From IMG/VR virus record IMGVR_UViG_3300031418_000003: a DNA stretch of 64,000 nt. One strand, 5' to 3'. The notes beneath the pieces were generated by a model. The model had not been told where the DNA came from. It searched no databases and worked only from the letters and a program-made list of their open reading frames with translations. Numbering within the stretch: position 1 is the first letter of the stretch; every line of letters starts with the position of its first letter. Origin of the DNA: a virus. Taxonomy: Duplodnaviria; Caudoviricetes. Below, one piece after another: positions 1 through 10,541 of this stretch. A program made the translations under genes and the position numbers.

Positions 1-332
1 TTAGCCGAGATCGGTAACTCAATATACTGAGCCACTGAGGACGGATTTAAGACACTGGTGTCGTAATAGTCTACCCCGCGCACTAAACCCAATCCGTAGA
101 TCTCACTCACTAAGTCATAAAGGTCATTCATTGTCACCGACTGCGGTACAGTGATAGTTGGGATCTTGGAGAAATACTCACCGATATCAACTTTCTTTAA
201 TTCAAAGAACGTCTTCAGTGACCCCTTGATCCCTTCTATCCGAGTAACGTCAGCATTAAGGGAATAGATCTGATAGATCGCATACCCTTCTGGTAAACGC
301 GAGGCAATGTCGTCTTTAAAGTTATACGACAT
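1..332 (-). CDS. Partial CDS running off the left edge; probable virion structural protein
   Basis: Hand translation from ATG at 332 (MSYNFKDDIASRLPEGYAIYQIYSLNAD...GLGLVRGVDYY...) is open to position 1. It starts 2 nt after the stop of 335..1195. Not in the ORF track. Confidence 0.8.
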   Translation of the reverse strand, partial: MSYNFKDDIASRLPEGYAIYQIYSLNADVTRIEGIKGSLKTFFELKKVDIGEYFSKIPTITVPQSVTMNDLYDLVSEIYGLGLVRGVDYYDTSVLNPSSVAQYIELPISA

Positions 333-334
333 CG

Positions 335-1195
335 TTACCCCTTGAAGTTAGATTTAGCTGGTTTCTCTTTTACCGTTTTTGCCATTTTAGAAACAGCGTT
401 CAGTGCACCCACGATTTTATTCTGCATCCCGCCGATGATACGTGCTTTCTTTGTTTCATCTTTGGCTTCATCGCTGGCGTCTTTATTCTCTTCCTTGATA
501 CCGGCTTTAACTTCCGGTGTATCATCTTCTTCCGGGGCTTTCAGATTGCGCAGTTTGTTTGCCGCCTGCTGTGCATTACTCAACACCTTCCGCAGTGAAC
601 CACCCACCGATTGCAATCCCTGGTTTGAACTTGACTGAATCTCAGCATAGACTGTACGAAGTTTAGCGACAGTATCGCAACCCTTGACTTTTTCAGCGGC
701 AGTACGGATCTTGTCCATTGCGCCACCCAAGTCACGGTTCTCATCTTTGATTTCATTATACTCGGCACCGCCTTCCAGTGCTTTGATGATGTTATCAGGA
801 TTGCGTAACGGGGAGTCATCAGGGATCGGCGTGTTCCCTTCCATCTCGTTCAGGGCAGCAATAGCACTTTCTGCTTTCTCAGCCGCATCGTTAGCGTTTT
901 TCTGAGCATCACCGAAGAAGTACGTGCTGATACGTTTCAACATGTCTGTGATGTTGTTGTAAAGCCGTTGAGCCACTTCTTTAATGCTGTCAGACAACTT
1001 AGCCTCGGTGCCGGCAACCTGACCCACATCGAAATGCAGACAATAAAACGATTCGTTACCACTGAGATTGCGGAACCCATCGCGGGTTGCGGTCGATAAA
1101 GAAACATACCCATCGAACATCCAATTAAGGTGATCGAACTCAGCGTCTAATTCTGGATTAGACGGAACATCTAAAAAGGCATCGTCCTGCGTCAT
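335..1195 (-). CDS. Internal head protein (phiKZ inner-body-like paralog family)
   Basis: 286 aa with acidic N-terminus, SGNE-S and AGTE-A sites, then an amphipathic helix (IKEVAQRLYNNITDMLKRISTYFF) shared in character with neighbouring paralogs. Confidence 0.6.
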   Translation of the reverse strand: MTQDDAFLDVPSNPELDAEFDHLNWMFDGYVSLSTATRDGFRNLSGNESFYCLHFDVGQVAGTEAKLSDSIKEVAQRLYNNITDMLKRISTYFFGDAQKNANDAAEKAESAIAALNEMEGNTPIPDDSPLRNPDNIIKALEGGAEYNEIKDENRDLGGAMDKIRTAAEKVKGCDTVAKLRTVYAEIQSSSNQGLQSVGGSLRKVLSNAQQAANKLRNLKAPEEDDTPEVKAGIKEENKDASDEAKDETKKARIIGGMQNKIVGALNAVSKMAKTVKEKPAKSNFKG

Positions 1196-1196
1196 C

Positions 1197-1781
1197 TTAA
1201 CACCCTATGAAACAATCATTACCGAACTGGAACATTTCATCTAACAGCTGTACACAGTTAAGTAAAACAATAAGCTGAGCTACTGAGAAATGTGAGAGAT
1301 CGTCAGTTACCCACTTGTTAATAAGAATTAATGCATCATCAACAGCATTGGCTGCATCAATAAACGTTTGAGCGGTAACAGGGAAACGGGTACCGTCATT
1401 TGTATTTACTTTGTGATCATCAGGACACGTAAGAAGAGGATATTCCATGACACTGCGGTAAAGGTTGTCAGGTTTCTCAACTTCTAAAACTAATTGCATG
1501 GCTTCGTTATTCGACAGGTCCGTTTCACGAAGGTCAGCAGTCCAGAATTTGATTGCCTCAATTGGCGCAGTGAAATCGATCGTTGTCTCTGTGACATTAT
1601 CACCAAAGCGAGGAATGGTAAATTCCTCTTCGATCTCAATAAGCTTCTTGAGAGCCATGTGGGCAGTCGACTCGGGTTCAAGCAACGAGTCACCTGACTC
1701 AACTTCAACCCCGCTGCGTTGCGCCTGAATGATCGTAAGGATCTGCTTCAGAAATAAATAGTTATCTTGATTCGAGATCAT
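1197..1781 (-). CDS. Hypothetical protein in structural operon
   Basis: 194-aa ORF tightly packed between co-oriented genes. Confidence 0.7.
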   Translation of the reverse strand: MISNQDNYLFLKQILTIIQAQRSGVEVESGDSLLEPESTAHMALKKLIEIEEEFTIPRFGDNVTETTIDFTAPIEAIKFWTADLRETDLSNNEAMQLVLEVEKPDNLYRSVMEYPLLTCPDDHKVNTNDGTRFPVTAQTFIDAANAVDDALILINKWVTDDLSHFSVAQLIVLLNCVQLLDEMFQFGNDCFIGC

Positions 1782-2296
1782 ACCAGAACCTCAATAAACC
1801 CGGTGAGGTAATCATGCGTTGAGTTCACTGAAATAATCAGCTTCCCCTCAATAGTAACAAGATGTACTTCACGTAGGGTTAATTCATAAAAACCAAATGC
1901 TCGGCAAAATGTAAAGAAATCCCGCACACTGCCTTCATCGAAAGATGAAGCGGTGTTCAGTATGTTTGGGTCGGTCATGGTCAGGTTCGTTGAATATTTG
2001 TTATTCAATGTCGCTGCCGCGTCTTCATCAATTTGGTTCTGGGTAATAAACACACTCTTCTTATACAGTCGAATGTCAATTACCGATGGAAACAAATCAG
2101 CCAATTGGAATTTCTTCATCACTAGCCCTGACCTTGATAATCGTTCCACCAAAAGAACTTTATCGTCAGAGCTGGATTTTGCAAACACTAAGTGGTCAGG
2201 GGGTGTGTTAGTTTTAACATTATTCAAGGCGTCAAATGCCCCGATACCCAAACTCTTTAAATGAGTCAAGGTAAAGTTCATGGCATCGATGTTCAT
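1778..2296 (-). CDS. Hypothetical protein in structural operon
   Basis: 172-aa ORF with 4-nt overlaps to both neighbours. Confidence 0.7.
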   Translation of the reverse strand: MNIDAMNFTLTHLKSLGIGAFDALNNVKTNTPPDHLVFAKSSSDDKVLLVERLSRSGLVMKKFQLADLFPSVIDIRLYKKSVFITQNQIDEDAAATLNNKYSTNLTMTDPNILNTASSFDEGSVRDFFTFCRAFGFYELTLREVHLVTIEGKLIISVNSTHDYLTGFIEVLV

Positions 2297-3369
2297 TTGT
2301 GTAATCCTGAATTAACGAAGTCCAACCCAACATCCATACTGGTCAACACGTACTGAAGGTTAACCGACATCAAGCGTTTGTTAAACCGGATTAACCAGTT
2401 AAGGTATGTGCGTTGATCCGATGTCATGGTGCCGTTGTTGCGTTCATGTGTCCGTGCTGATTTCTCAAACTCACGGTACAGTTGAGACACCGTACTTTGG
2501 TTAGAACGAATCTCTTTAATACACTTACGGACCGAACCCAATACCCCATCCATCATTGGACCGTTAGGTTCATATTCAGGTGACAGCAATTTCACGATCA
2601 CACTGGATGACTGGAAATAGACACCAACCTTATTCAGGTTTTCGACATCGGGTTTGTCGATGACTAACTGACGACCACCAGGAAGAATCTTTGAAATAAA
2701 GTTATCCCCTTTATCCGTCATCCCCATCTGGGTTTTGACGATATCAACGGTCTTATCAATTTGGCGCTGTAAATCAAATCCCTCCCCGGTAGAATCGCTG
2801 ATCAGCCGTGTTAACTGCTGATACGCCTTCACGGTATCTTTGTAGTAGTCGGTCACGTTGTTTAACGAACCCACCACCCAGTTCCCGTCGAGAGAGATTG
2901 TGAGTGGATCCATAACACGGCGAATTGTTGCCGGGTATTTAACCGGTGTGGAGGAAATACCTTCACGCTTACGGTTAGTGGAAACACGAAACTCACGATT
3001 GTCCAAACGCGCAATACGGTTGTTAACCAGGTTCAATAAGAAGTCAACAGCGTCCTTGGCTAACTGTACCAGGAAACTAATAACACTCTTAACTTTATTT
3101 GCTGCTTCTAAACCGCCCACAATCAACCCTACTCGTTCTTCTTCAAGATTGGGTAACGTGATAGCACCGGCGGTAATAAAACGTTGTATGACGCTTTCAA
3201 GGCCATCTACAGCAGCTTTGTCTTCATCTTTAACATTATCTTTCTTAACGTCCACTTTCTCATTAAGAAAGAAGTTCATTCGCCCCTCATAAGGTTCCAT
3301 GCGCTCCCCGTAAATATAGTCGGTAGAGTCAACGGGTTCCTTAGGGCTTGGAATCAATTTTTGAGACAT
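2293..3369 (-). CDS. Internal head protein paralog
   Basis: 358 aa; DGLE-S and GGLE-A sites followed by an amphipathic helix (VKSVISFLVQLAKDAVDFLLNLV); GGAG RBS upstream. Confidence 0.6.
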   Translation of the reverse strand: MSQKLIPSPKEPVDSTDYIYGERMEPYEGRMNFFLNEKVDVKKDNVKDEDKAAVDGLESVIQRFITAGAITLPNLEEERVGLIVGGLEAANKVKSVISFLVQLAKDAVDFLLNLVNNRIARLDNREFRVSTNRKREGISSTPVKYPATIRRVMDPLTISLDGNWVVGSLNNVTDYYKDTVKAYQQLTRLISDSTGEGFDLQRQIDKTVDIVKTQMGMTDKGDNFISKILPGGRQLVIDKPDVENLNKVGVYFQSSSVIVKLLSPEYEPNGPMMDGVLGSVRKCIKEIRSNQSTVSQLYREFEKSARTHERNNGTMTSDQRTYLNWLIRFNKRLMSVNLQYVLTSMDVGLDFVNSGLHK

Positions 3370-3413
3370 AATAAACTCCTAGTGAGATCATAGCATTCAA
3401 ACAAACAACAAAA

Positions 3414-3441
3414 GGAACAAGGAGCCGAAGCCCCTTGTTCC
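3414..3441 (-). terminator. Intrinsic terminator, C(UUCG)G loop on the minus strand
   Basis: ggaacaagg-agccgaagc-cccttgttcc hairpin with an A-rich run to its left, directly after the stop of 3461..4699. Confidence 0.85.
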
Positions 3442-3460
3442 GAATGTTATTCAAACGCTA

Positions 3461-4699
3461 TTACTTAGCGCCTTCTGCTTTAGGAGCAGAACCGCCCAGG
3501 TGTGCCTTAACGAAGGCCAGCTGTGCTTCCAGGATATCAGCACCCAGGTTGGTCGCAGCGCGCGCGTATTTCAGAGCGGCGGTGTGAGCACCTTTAACGG
3601 CACCGACAGTAGACTTGACTTCTTTCTTGTCGTCGTCTGAACGATCAGCTTTAGGAGCCTGGTTCTTCTCGATCGCACCGATCGCTTTATCGCGCTGAGT
3701 GGTCAGAGCATTTTTATCCAGTTTGGCGTTGTGTAGTTTGTCCGCATCAGACGCTACGCTGTTAACCAGAGACAGCAGAACAGATTTCTCCAGTTTGCCA
3801 CCTTTACCAGCTTCACCCAGTTTCACAGAAACAGAGGCTTTACCCAGACCGCCATCGCGTACTGGTGCAACGATTTCCACAGTTGCGTTTGAACCAACTT
3901 TGACAACCAGTTTTTCGGTGTCATCAGTTTTGCCTTCGATGGTTTTAGAACCAGCGGCACCAAACGCATCAGCAACAGCGTGAGCTGCTTGAGCAGAGTC
4001 GCCTTCACGAGCCAGACCCAGACCACCCAGTTCAGAGAACGCTTTACCCTGTACCGCGATCAGAGCAGAGATAGCTTTAGAGCTACCGTTAGCTTCCAGC
4101 AGCGCAGAAGACTTAGGCAGAGAGATCTCGCCATCTTTCACGGTACCGGCGTTAACTGCGGCTTTCAGATTACCAGCTTTTGCTTTCAGACCTTTCAGTT
4201 TGTTGAACAGACCAACAAACATTGCGATGAAGCTGTTGTACAGATCAACGAAGAATTTCTTGATCGCGCCAACGGCTTTGCCAGCAGTCTCTTTGAAAGA
4301 CTCAACGCCAGCGTATGCATTCAGGCTTGCAGTAGAGGCATCGGCATAAGACTCGGCACCCTGGACTTCAACCGGCTGACCAAACTTGGCAGAGATTTTT
4401 GCAGCACGAGCGAAACGGTGCGCAAACAGTTCAGCGTTGAAAGGAGTTGCGCCTGACAGCATAGATTCCATGCCACCGACTTCTTCTTCCAGCTCTTCAA
4501 CTTTCTCTTCCAGAGCTTCGATCGCAGTTTCGTGCGACGCGATGTCTTTGTCGTGCTCAGCGATATCGCGTTCAGCATCGGCAATTTCTTTATCGACGAT
4601 CGCTTCTGCTGCTTCTTCAGCGGTAGCAATGATGGTAGTTTCAGACAGATCAGCGTTTTCTTGGCCGGCAACGCTTGCAAAGATATCTTTAAGAGACAT
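3461..4699 (-). CDS. Abundant internal head (inner-body/ejection) protein with cleavable acidic propeptide
   Basis: 412 aa; very acidic first ~130 aa with AGQE, GGME-S, QGAE-S and AGVE-SF sites; strongly biased codons; own terminator. Confidence 0.7.
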   Translation of the reverse strand: MSLKDIFASVAGQENADLSETTIIATAEEAAEAIVDKEIADAERDIAEHDKDIASHETAIEALEEKVEELEEEVGGMESMLSGATPFNAELFAHRFARAAKISAKFGQPVEVQGAESYADASTASLNAYAGVESFKETAGKAVGAIKKFFVDLYNSFIAMFVGLFNKLKGLKAKAGNLKAAVNAGTVKDGEISLPKSSALLEANGSSKAISALIAVQGKAFSELGGLGLAREGDSAQAAHAVADAFGAAGSKTIEGKTDDTEKLVVKVGSNATVEIVAPVRDGGLGKASVSVKLGEAGKGGKLEKSVLLSLVNSVASDADKLHNAKLDKNALTTQRDKAIGAIEKNQAPKADRSDDDKKEVKSTVGAVKGAHTAALKYARAATNLGADILEAQLAFVKAHLGGSAPKAEGAK

Positions 4700-4739
4700 A
4701 ATGGTAATTACCTTTTTCTATAGAAAATGTTAAAACGAT

Positions 4740-5690
4740 TTAATTAAATTGTTTACTTAAGTAGGACGATAAAGTGTCCACATAATCGTCCAGGTAGATC
4801 ATGAGCTGTGGAAGAAACCCTGAGTACAAAGAGAACACCTTCGTGTTGCCTTCCAAGCGAGAACGCATATCCGTGAGCAGACTCGCAGACAGAGTTCCTT
4901 TCAAAGTATCTAAATGGGCAAAAGACTTACCCAGCACAGTATTGAATTTCTTTGTGTAACTTTCGTACTGGTTAAGGGCCTTCACAACATATTGATACGT
5001 TTCTACCAATTTGGTTAACTTCGTCAAAATGGTTTTGACGTCGTCTTTCGCAAAAGATTCAGTGGTTTCTTCAGCAGGGGTACTGAAGTTCACGATACTG
5101 GTTTTGTGAGAACGCTCATCAAACCAAATCATTTTACCGCCAGGTAACATCACAGAAGAGACGGAATCTTTCATCTTGCTGTCAGGTAGTTTAAACTCAG
5201 GATACTTAAGCGCATCCATTCCGTTTAACACAGAGACTGCGTCATCCGTAGTCTCAACTGAAGCAATACGTTCCAGGTAACTCAGTTCTTTACTTGAGTA
5301 AACCTCAACGTCCTGTAAAAAGGATTTAAGTAAATCCATTGTCTTTTGAAGATCATTCAGTCCATCAAGGATATCGGCCGGATTTCCATCACGAGTGACT
5401 TTCTTCAAAAGCGCAGTGTTAAAGGTTAATTCTTCCTTCAAAGTTTCTTTACTTAAACGGTGGTGGGTGTGTGCGATAAACATACGACGCGTGCCGATAG
5501 TTTTCACAATCCCACTCACAGCAGCTTTGGTAGCCTGAGAGATCGCATTAACTGACGTTTCTCCTGCCGCTGACCCGGCTTGTTTAAGTTTCCCAAGAAC
5601 ATCCGTGAAGAAGGATTCTGCCCCATCAACACGGATATCCTGAAGGATCAAACCTTGAAGAGAGTCACGCAACTCACTTCTATTCGACAT
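4740..5690 (-). CDS. Internal head protein paralog
   Basis: 316 aa; DGAE-SFFTDVLGKLK motif resembles AGVE-SFKE and GGE-SFLSTLK in paralogs. Confidence 0.6.
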   Translation of the reverse strand: MSNRSELRDSLQGLILQDIRVDGAESFFTDVLGKLKQAGSAAGETSVNAISQATKAAVSGIVKTIGTRRMFIAHTHHRLSKETLKEELTFNTALLKKVTRDGNPADILDGLNDLQKTMDLLKSFLQDVEVYSSKELSYLERIASVETTDDAVSVLNGMDALKYPEFKLPDSKMKDSVSSVMLPGGKMIWFDERSHKTSIVNFSTPAEETTESFAKDDVKTILTKLTKLVETYQYVVKALNQYESYTKKFNTVLGKSFAHLDTLKGTLSASLLTDMRSRLEGNTKVFSLYSGFLPQLMIYLDDYVDTLSSYLSKQFN

Positions 5691-6957
5691 TGTAGCACTC
5701 CAGATGCAAGCTCAACATCGTGATCAAATGACTGACCAATACGATTAACATATTGGAAACCTGGGTTTTAAAGTGGTTGACGTCGTATTGATAGTCAGCC
5801 GTGATCAGCCCATACTGATAAGCCCGGTCCTGTCCTGAGTTACTCTGACGCAGTGTAGATAATACATCTTTCACATCGTCGGGATTAAAGTTAACAGGGT
5901 CAGATTCCTGGTTCATTGATTTCAGTTTATCAATGATGGATTGAATCACATCACGGATAATAAAGATCTGAGTCAACGAGAGAACCTTAACAGTGGCTTT
6001 ACCAGAACGCTCGGCACCATCTTTAACAACCCGGTACCCCGTCATTGAAAGAGAGTCGGCATACAGGGTATTATCTTGCGGAACGATAACGTTGTCCTTC
6101 ACCCAAGCAGGCGAAAGCGTGATACCCTGGAATACCACCCCATCCAACATCCCGAAAGTCTGCTTAGCAAACAACATGTCGGAATTGTCATCAGGAAGTT
6201 TTGAACGTTGATTAAACAGCTTGGGGATCTGACGCTCAATGTCGGTAATGTCATTGTTCTTGTCATTACCGAAATAGCGAATCACAGAGTTCTTATACCG
6301 AACCTGTTCCATTTCCCACACCCGCAGACAAGAGGTGATGTAATTCACCTCACCTTGCAACTGTTTACCTAAATCCCCATTCAGGATGCGACCACCTTTA
6401 GAGATAGAACGCACAATAAGCTCGTTGAGCTCAACTTCAGTGCACCCTTCTCTAACTTGGTCCACTACATCCAGTAAAGCGTCTAATGACTCCAGACGCG
6501 TTTCCAGGACCTCTGTGGAGGTGGTTAACTCCAACCAACTGCGGTGGAAGTTTTCAACCAGCTGGTTTGCCCAACGTTTGATGTTTTTATAGGTTTCCCC
6601 TAACATTTCATGCAGAGCAACAGAACGGACTTTACGCCATTCAGCCGGAGTGATGTTAATCCCGAATGCTTCATTACCAGAGACGGAAACACCGTGTTTG
6701 CTGACCGAGAGGTTTGCATTTTGCATCACCAGGTCATCAACAGCGTTCGCCATCTCTGTGGTAATTTGATAATCTTCGCTGTTACTGAGTGTGTCCAACG
6801 CGGACTGCAACTCTTCCTTTACTTTCAGGTTAACACGAAAGTTATCAATCGCGGTCTTGGCTTCTTCAGTAAGCTTCGGCACGCTTTGAACAGAGGCAGG
6901 ATTGATTGCTGCGGCTTTTAAATTACCGAGCAAACTACTTGTCATAGTAGATACCAT
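5680..6957 (-). CDS. Internal head protein (phiKZ gp92-like by position)
   Basis: 425 aa; SGNE-AFG site; overlaps neighbours; synteny inference. Confidence 0.55.
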   Translation of the reverse strand: MVSTMTSSLLGNLKAAAINPASVQSVPKLTEEAKTAIDNFRVNLKVKEELQSALDTLSNSEDYQITTEMANAVDDLVMQNANLSVSKHGVSVSGNEAFGINITPAEWRKVRSVALHEMLGETYKNIKRWANQLVENFHRSWLELTTSTEVLETRLESLDALLDVVDQVREGCTEVELNELIVRSISKGGRILNGDLGKQLQGEVNYITSCLRVWEMEQVRYKNSVIRYFGNDKNNDITDIERQIPKLFNQRSKLPDDNSDMLFAKQTFGMLDGVVFQGITLSPAWVKDNVIVPQDNTLYADSLSMTGYRVVKDGAERSGKATVKVLSLTQIFIIRDVIQSIIDKLKSMNQESDPVNFNPDDVKDVLSTLRQSNSGQDRAYQYGLITADYQYDVNHFKTQVSNMLIVLVSHLITMLSLHLECYNVE

Positions 6958-7465
6958 CCATGCTTAAACAGAATTTAGCTGCAAGCTCAGGACCGATCAA
7001 TGCCATCCAATCGTAGAAGTGACGTTCTTCGATAATGCTGAAGTCAACATCCTCGACCTGATACCGGTTTCGGTATTCCTGATGTTCGTCATAGATAATG
7101 GAGGTATGAATGACTTCGCCGTTACGGCTGATGTTGGAGATACGGTTAAAGTCGATCTTAATCTGACCGATAACCACAGAACCCGGCAGACGCCCGGCAA
7201 TATAACCAACAATTTTTCTGGCCAGTTCTTTGCGTGCACCGCCGCCGTTACGGAAGTTAACAATCAACCAGTTACGGAAGCTTGCACCGATGTAACGACG
7301 AGTGATGCCAAAGATTTCAGAATGTGAACCGGCGTCATTCATTAACTGAAACTCATTCCAAGCTCCCAGGAAGGAGTTGATAATGCGTTCGTTGTTTTCC
7401 AGAATACCTGTGTCGAAGTTAGCAGGGACCAAACCGAATTTAAGATACTTAAACTCAGTCGCCAT
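6935..7465 (-). CDS. Conserved hypothetical/virion protein
   Basis: Start moved from 7528 to ATG 7465 (MATEFKY), which has a GAGG RBS. Confidence 0.65.
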   Translation of the reverse strand: MATEFKYLKFGLVPANFDTGILENNERIINSFLGAWNEFQLMNDAGSHSEIFGITRRYIGASFRNWLIVNFRNGGGARKELARKIVGYIAGRLPGSVVIGQIKIDFNRISNISRNGEVIHTSIIYDEHQEYRNRYQVEDVDFSIIEERHFYDWMALIGPELAAKFCLSMDGIYYDK

Positions 7466-8327
7466 AACGCGCCTCGATTTGAGCAATCTTGCCCTGTTTC
7501 TTAATGATCTCATCCTGGTAGATTTCAATCTGACGATCCAGGCTTGGATCTTCGATACCAGAACGACGGTTGTTCAGACGAGCAATCTTCATGGCCAGCA
7601 TGTCGATATCAGCATTGGCATCAACCAGTGACTTGATGTCTTTCTTCATGCGGCGCATACGCCACCAGAACAGCGGGTTCAGTTGGTGTGGAGCCAGATT
7701 ACGTTGGACCGTAACAGCTTTGTCACCGACAGAGGCAGCAATAACTTCTTCTGACTGTGCGTCGTACGGTTCATCAGTCAGATCGTCGATCATGGTATCC
7801 AACGTCTTGATTGACTGAGAGAACTTAACCAGCAAATTAGAGAAGTACTTCGCCGTGTCATTAAAGAAGCCCAGGTCCACTTTCGTTAAGAAGGTGTTCA
7901 TGTTAACTTCTTTGCCCGCTTCCGTGATCACGATATCCAGTACAATACCGGAATAGCGATTGAAGAAGTTAATGGCTTGAACGCTGTCCAGAATACCTTT
8001 CTCTTTAAAGGTAATGGTTTCCACGTCGTAGTTGTCGGTCTTGCTACGCGTGATGCGGTCTTTCAGTTTCGGCAGCCAAGCCAGCAGCTGGGTAATGGAG
8101 AAGTCCATTGTTTCCAGCAGGGTGCTGCGTGCATTGATGCGTTTCTTAACGTCGTTCTCAATACCTTTCAGTACGGCGTTACGCTGAACATAGGCTTCAG
8201 CCGCTGTGTAGTTATCTGCATTGTCGCGCAGCAACTTCAGGGTATCGCTCAGACCTCGCAGATAAACGATCTCTTTATCCATCGAAACGAGGACGTCGAT
8301 TTTCGGGGTATCATTAATGATGATCAT
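7455..8327 (-). CDS. Virion head protein (phiKZ gp90-like by position)
   Basis: 290-aa helical protein with a C-terminal coiled coil; synteny inference. Confidence 0.55.
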   Translation of the reverse strand: MIIINDTPKIDVLVSMDKEIVYLRGLSDTLKLLRDNADNYTAAEAYVQRNAVLKGIENDVKKRINARSTLLETMDFSITQLLAWLPKLKDRITRSKTDNYDVETITFKEKGILDSVQAINFFNRYSGIVLDIVITEAGKEVNMNTFLTKVDLGFFNDTAKYFSNLLVKFSQSIKTLDTMIDDLTDEPYDAQSEEVIAASVGDKAVTVQRNLAPHQLNPLFWWRMRRMKKDIKSLVDANADIDMLAMKIARLNNRRSGIEDPSLDRQIEIYQDEIIKKQGKIAQIEARYGD

Positions 8328-8330
8328 GGA

Positions 8331-9458
8331 TTAACGTCCACCAAACAGTTTTGCCAAAGAAGCCAGATCCATTGATGTGTCTTTCTTAGCACTCACGGTG
8401 ATCTGACGCTGAGTCCACTCTTCCGGTACGTTGTTGCCAGCGTAGTAGAATGTAAACAGACCTAATGCATCGTTAACAACAACGATGGTGTTAGCCATTA
8501 CAGCTTTACGAATTTTGTTGATACCGCTGCCGTCGAAACGCACACCCAGTTCCAGCTCGATGTTGCGAGCAGTATCTGAGGACATGATGATGGTGTTAGC
8601 CTGGGTATTCATGCTAACGATACCTGTACGCAGAGCAGCCTGCAGGTTCTTACTTGCACGGTCGGTGACTTCGCTGTAATAACCAGACAGGTCATTTTTA
8701 CGAATCTGGAACTCACGTTTGATCTCGTCTTCACCGGTCAGTAACTCAGGAGAAGTGATCTCGCCAGTGCGCGCCATCATGATACGTGCCAGCCAGCCAT
8801 CCTGCGGACGAGCCGCTTCAAAGATCTTTTGAAGATCTGATGAAGTTACCGGGACCGGAGTCTGACGGAAAGTCAGTGGGAAAGTCAGTTGGGTGCCGTT
8901 GATGTTAACAGAGGCGTCAACAGTACGACCTACGGCCAGCGGTTTGTAATCTTGCAGGTCAGCGTATTGTTTACCGTTAATGGTAACAACATTCTGCAGC
9001 GGTTTGCCGGTTGGACCTTGTGCTTCCAGGCCAGCACGTTCTTTCATGCGCTCAGCCCGCAGAGCTGATTCGGATTTACCGAAAGACTCAGCACCTTGCA
9101 GTGAAAGGAAACCCGCACGACGAGGTTGAATACCATCGATCAGATCAGAAACTTTGATGCCGTCCACACTACCCTGCTGGGCGAAGTGAGAAAGAACATC
9201 ATTGATGTCACGCAGGTTAATGACGGTCATCAGATCGGACATGTAATCTTGGTGGATCAGGGTGTCTTCAACAGCAACTAAAGGCGAGATCAGAGTTTTG
9301 GAAGCAGATTTAGCCAGACTACCAGTCTGGAGAACATTGTATGTCGCTGCCGCTCCATCAATGATTTTCTTAGCTTCGTCAACGCCTTTCTTACTTGCGC
9401 CAAATGAAGTTGCTACCTGAAGCAACGTGGCACCCAAGGAAAGAGCTTGAGGAATCAT
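8331..9458 (-). CDS. Virion head protein (phiKZ gp89-like by position)
   Basis: QGAE-SF and AGLE-A sites; ATG 9458 is preceded by GGAG. Confidence 0.55.
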   Translation of the reverse strand: MIPQALSLGATLLQVATSFGASKKGVDEAKKIIDGAAATYNVLQTGSLAKSASKTLISPLVAVEDTLIHQDYMSDLMTVINLRDINDVLSHFAQQGSVDGIKVSDLIDGIQPRRAGFLSLQGAESFGKSESALRAERMKERAGLEAQGPTGKPLQNVVTINGKQYADLQDYKPLAVGRTVDASVNINGTQLTFPLTFRQTPVPVTSSDLQKIFEAARPQDGWLARIMMARTGEITSPELLTGEDEIKREFQIRKNDLSGYYSEVTDRASKNLQAALRTGIVSMNTQANTIIMSSDTARNIELELGVRFDGSGINKIRKAVMANTIVVVNDALGLFTFYYAGNNVPEEWTQRQITVSAKKDTSMDLASLAKLFGGR

Positions 9459-9482
9459 TACGTACTCCATTAAGGTTTATTT

Positions 9483-10541
9483 ATGAGTTCAAATGAAAAT
9501 GATTTTACAAATTATTCAGGGGAGAACCTACCTAATAGAGACGCGATATTTGACGCTTCTTTATTAGAGGGCGTTTCCCCAGGATGGTCATCGCCTTTAA
9601 TTAACTCTTTAAGAGGGTTAAAGATCCTAGGTCAGGGACCGGCAATGATGCCGTTATCCGATAACACCATAGGATTGCCGTTTGTCACCAGACCGCAGCT
9701 AAACCTTACAGATGATAACATTAGTCGCTCTGAGAAGCTGGTGAGTTTGTACGGTGCGGGTCAAAACAGTATTGGTGCGTATATAAGAGGGATGTTGGAT
9801 GAACGGTGGGCGGCCAGTAATGCTGGTAAGATTCTGGATAACCGCATGCCCTTCATTGTTCCCCTTACAACCTTTATTAAAACCTCTACGGGATTCAGTG
9901 ATCTTCAGTTATCCATTGAAACTTCTGAACCTGGATTACGCAGCCAGGTCTACCAGCGGGTTGCCAGTAAGCTCGAAGAGAACGGGGTGTATAGCATTAA
10001 CCAAACGTATTACAACCCCAAGCCTTCCGTTATTCAAGCACTGTTCCAGTACTGGGAAGACTATATTTCAGAAGTAGTTTCGGGAGACCGTCAGGTTACA
10101 CCACGTGACTGGTACTTGATGGGTAACCGTATCGATTACGATTGCCGTATCTATCACCTGATCATGAACAAAGATGCCATGTTCCTGGAACACATCTTTG
10201 CGACGATACAGTCTATCCCAACTACCTATCCTGCAGGAGCTATTGCATCCATTGATACCACCCAGAACACCTTGCGTGGGGAAGGGCAAGATGACTTCAC
10301 CGTTCAGTTCTCATCGGCGGGTCAACGGCAAGATGAGTTTGGATTGATTCAATCTTTCAATGAGCACAGTTTCCTTTATAACCCCGGTATCATGCCAAAT
10401 GTCCGCAATAACAATTTTCGTGAGCTGTCTAACGAAGAGTACATTGCATACAGTGGTGGAGCATACCCTTTATTACTTCCGCGTTCTTATAAAGGACGCA
10501 CCGGTATTAAATTAACATGGTGGGTTCCTAAAAATGAGTAG
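9483..10541 (+). CDS. Baseplate/tail-tube-like structural protein
   Basis: 352 aa; pattern FQYWEDYI...IDYDCRIYHL...FTVQF suggests a tube-type fold; coupled to the 992-aa gene. Confidence 0.5.
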   Translation: MSSNENDFTNYSGENLPNRDAIFDASLLEGVSPGWSSPLINSLRGLKILGQGPAMMPLSDNTIGLPFVTRPQLNLTDDNISRSEKLVSLYGAGQNSIGAYIRGMLDERWAASNAGKILDNRMPFIVPLTTFIKTSTGFSDLQLSIETSEPGLRSQVYQRVASKLEENGVYSINQTYYNPKPSVIQALFQYWEDYISEVVSGDRQVTPRDWYLMGNRIDYDCRIYHLIMNKDAMFLEHIFATIQSIPTTYPAGAIASIDTTQNTLRGEGQDDFTVQFSSAGQRQDEFGLIQSFNEHSFLYNPGIMPNVRNNNFRELSNEEYIAYSGGAYPLLLPRSYKGRTGIKLTWWVPKNE

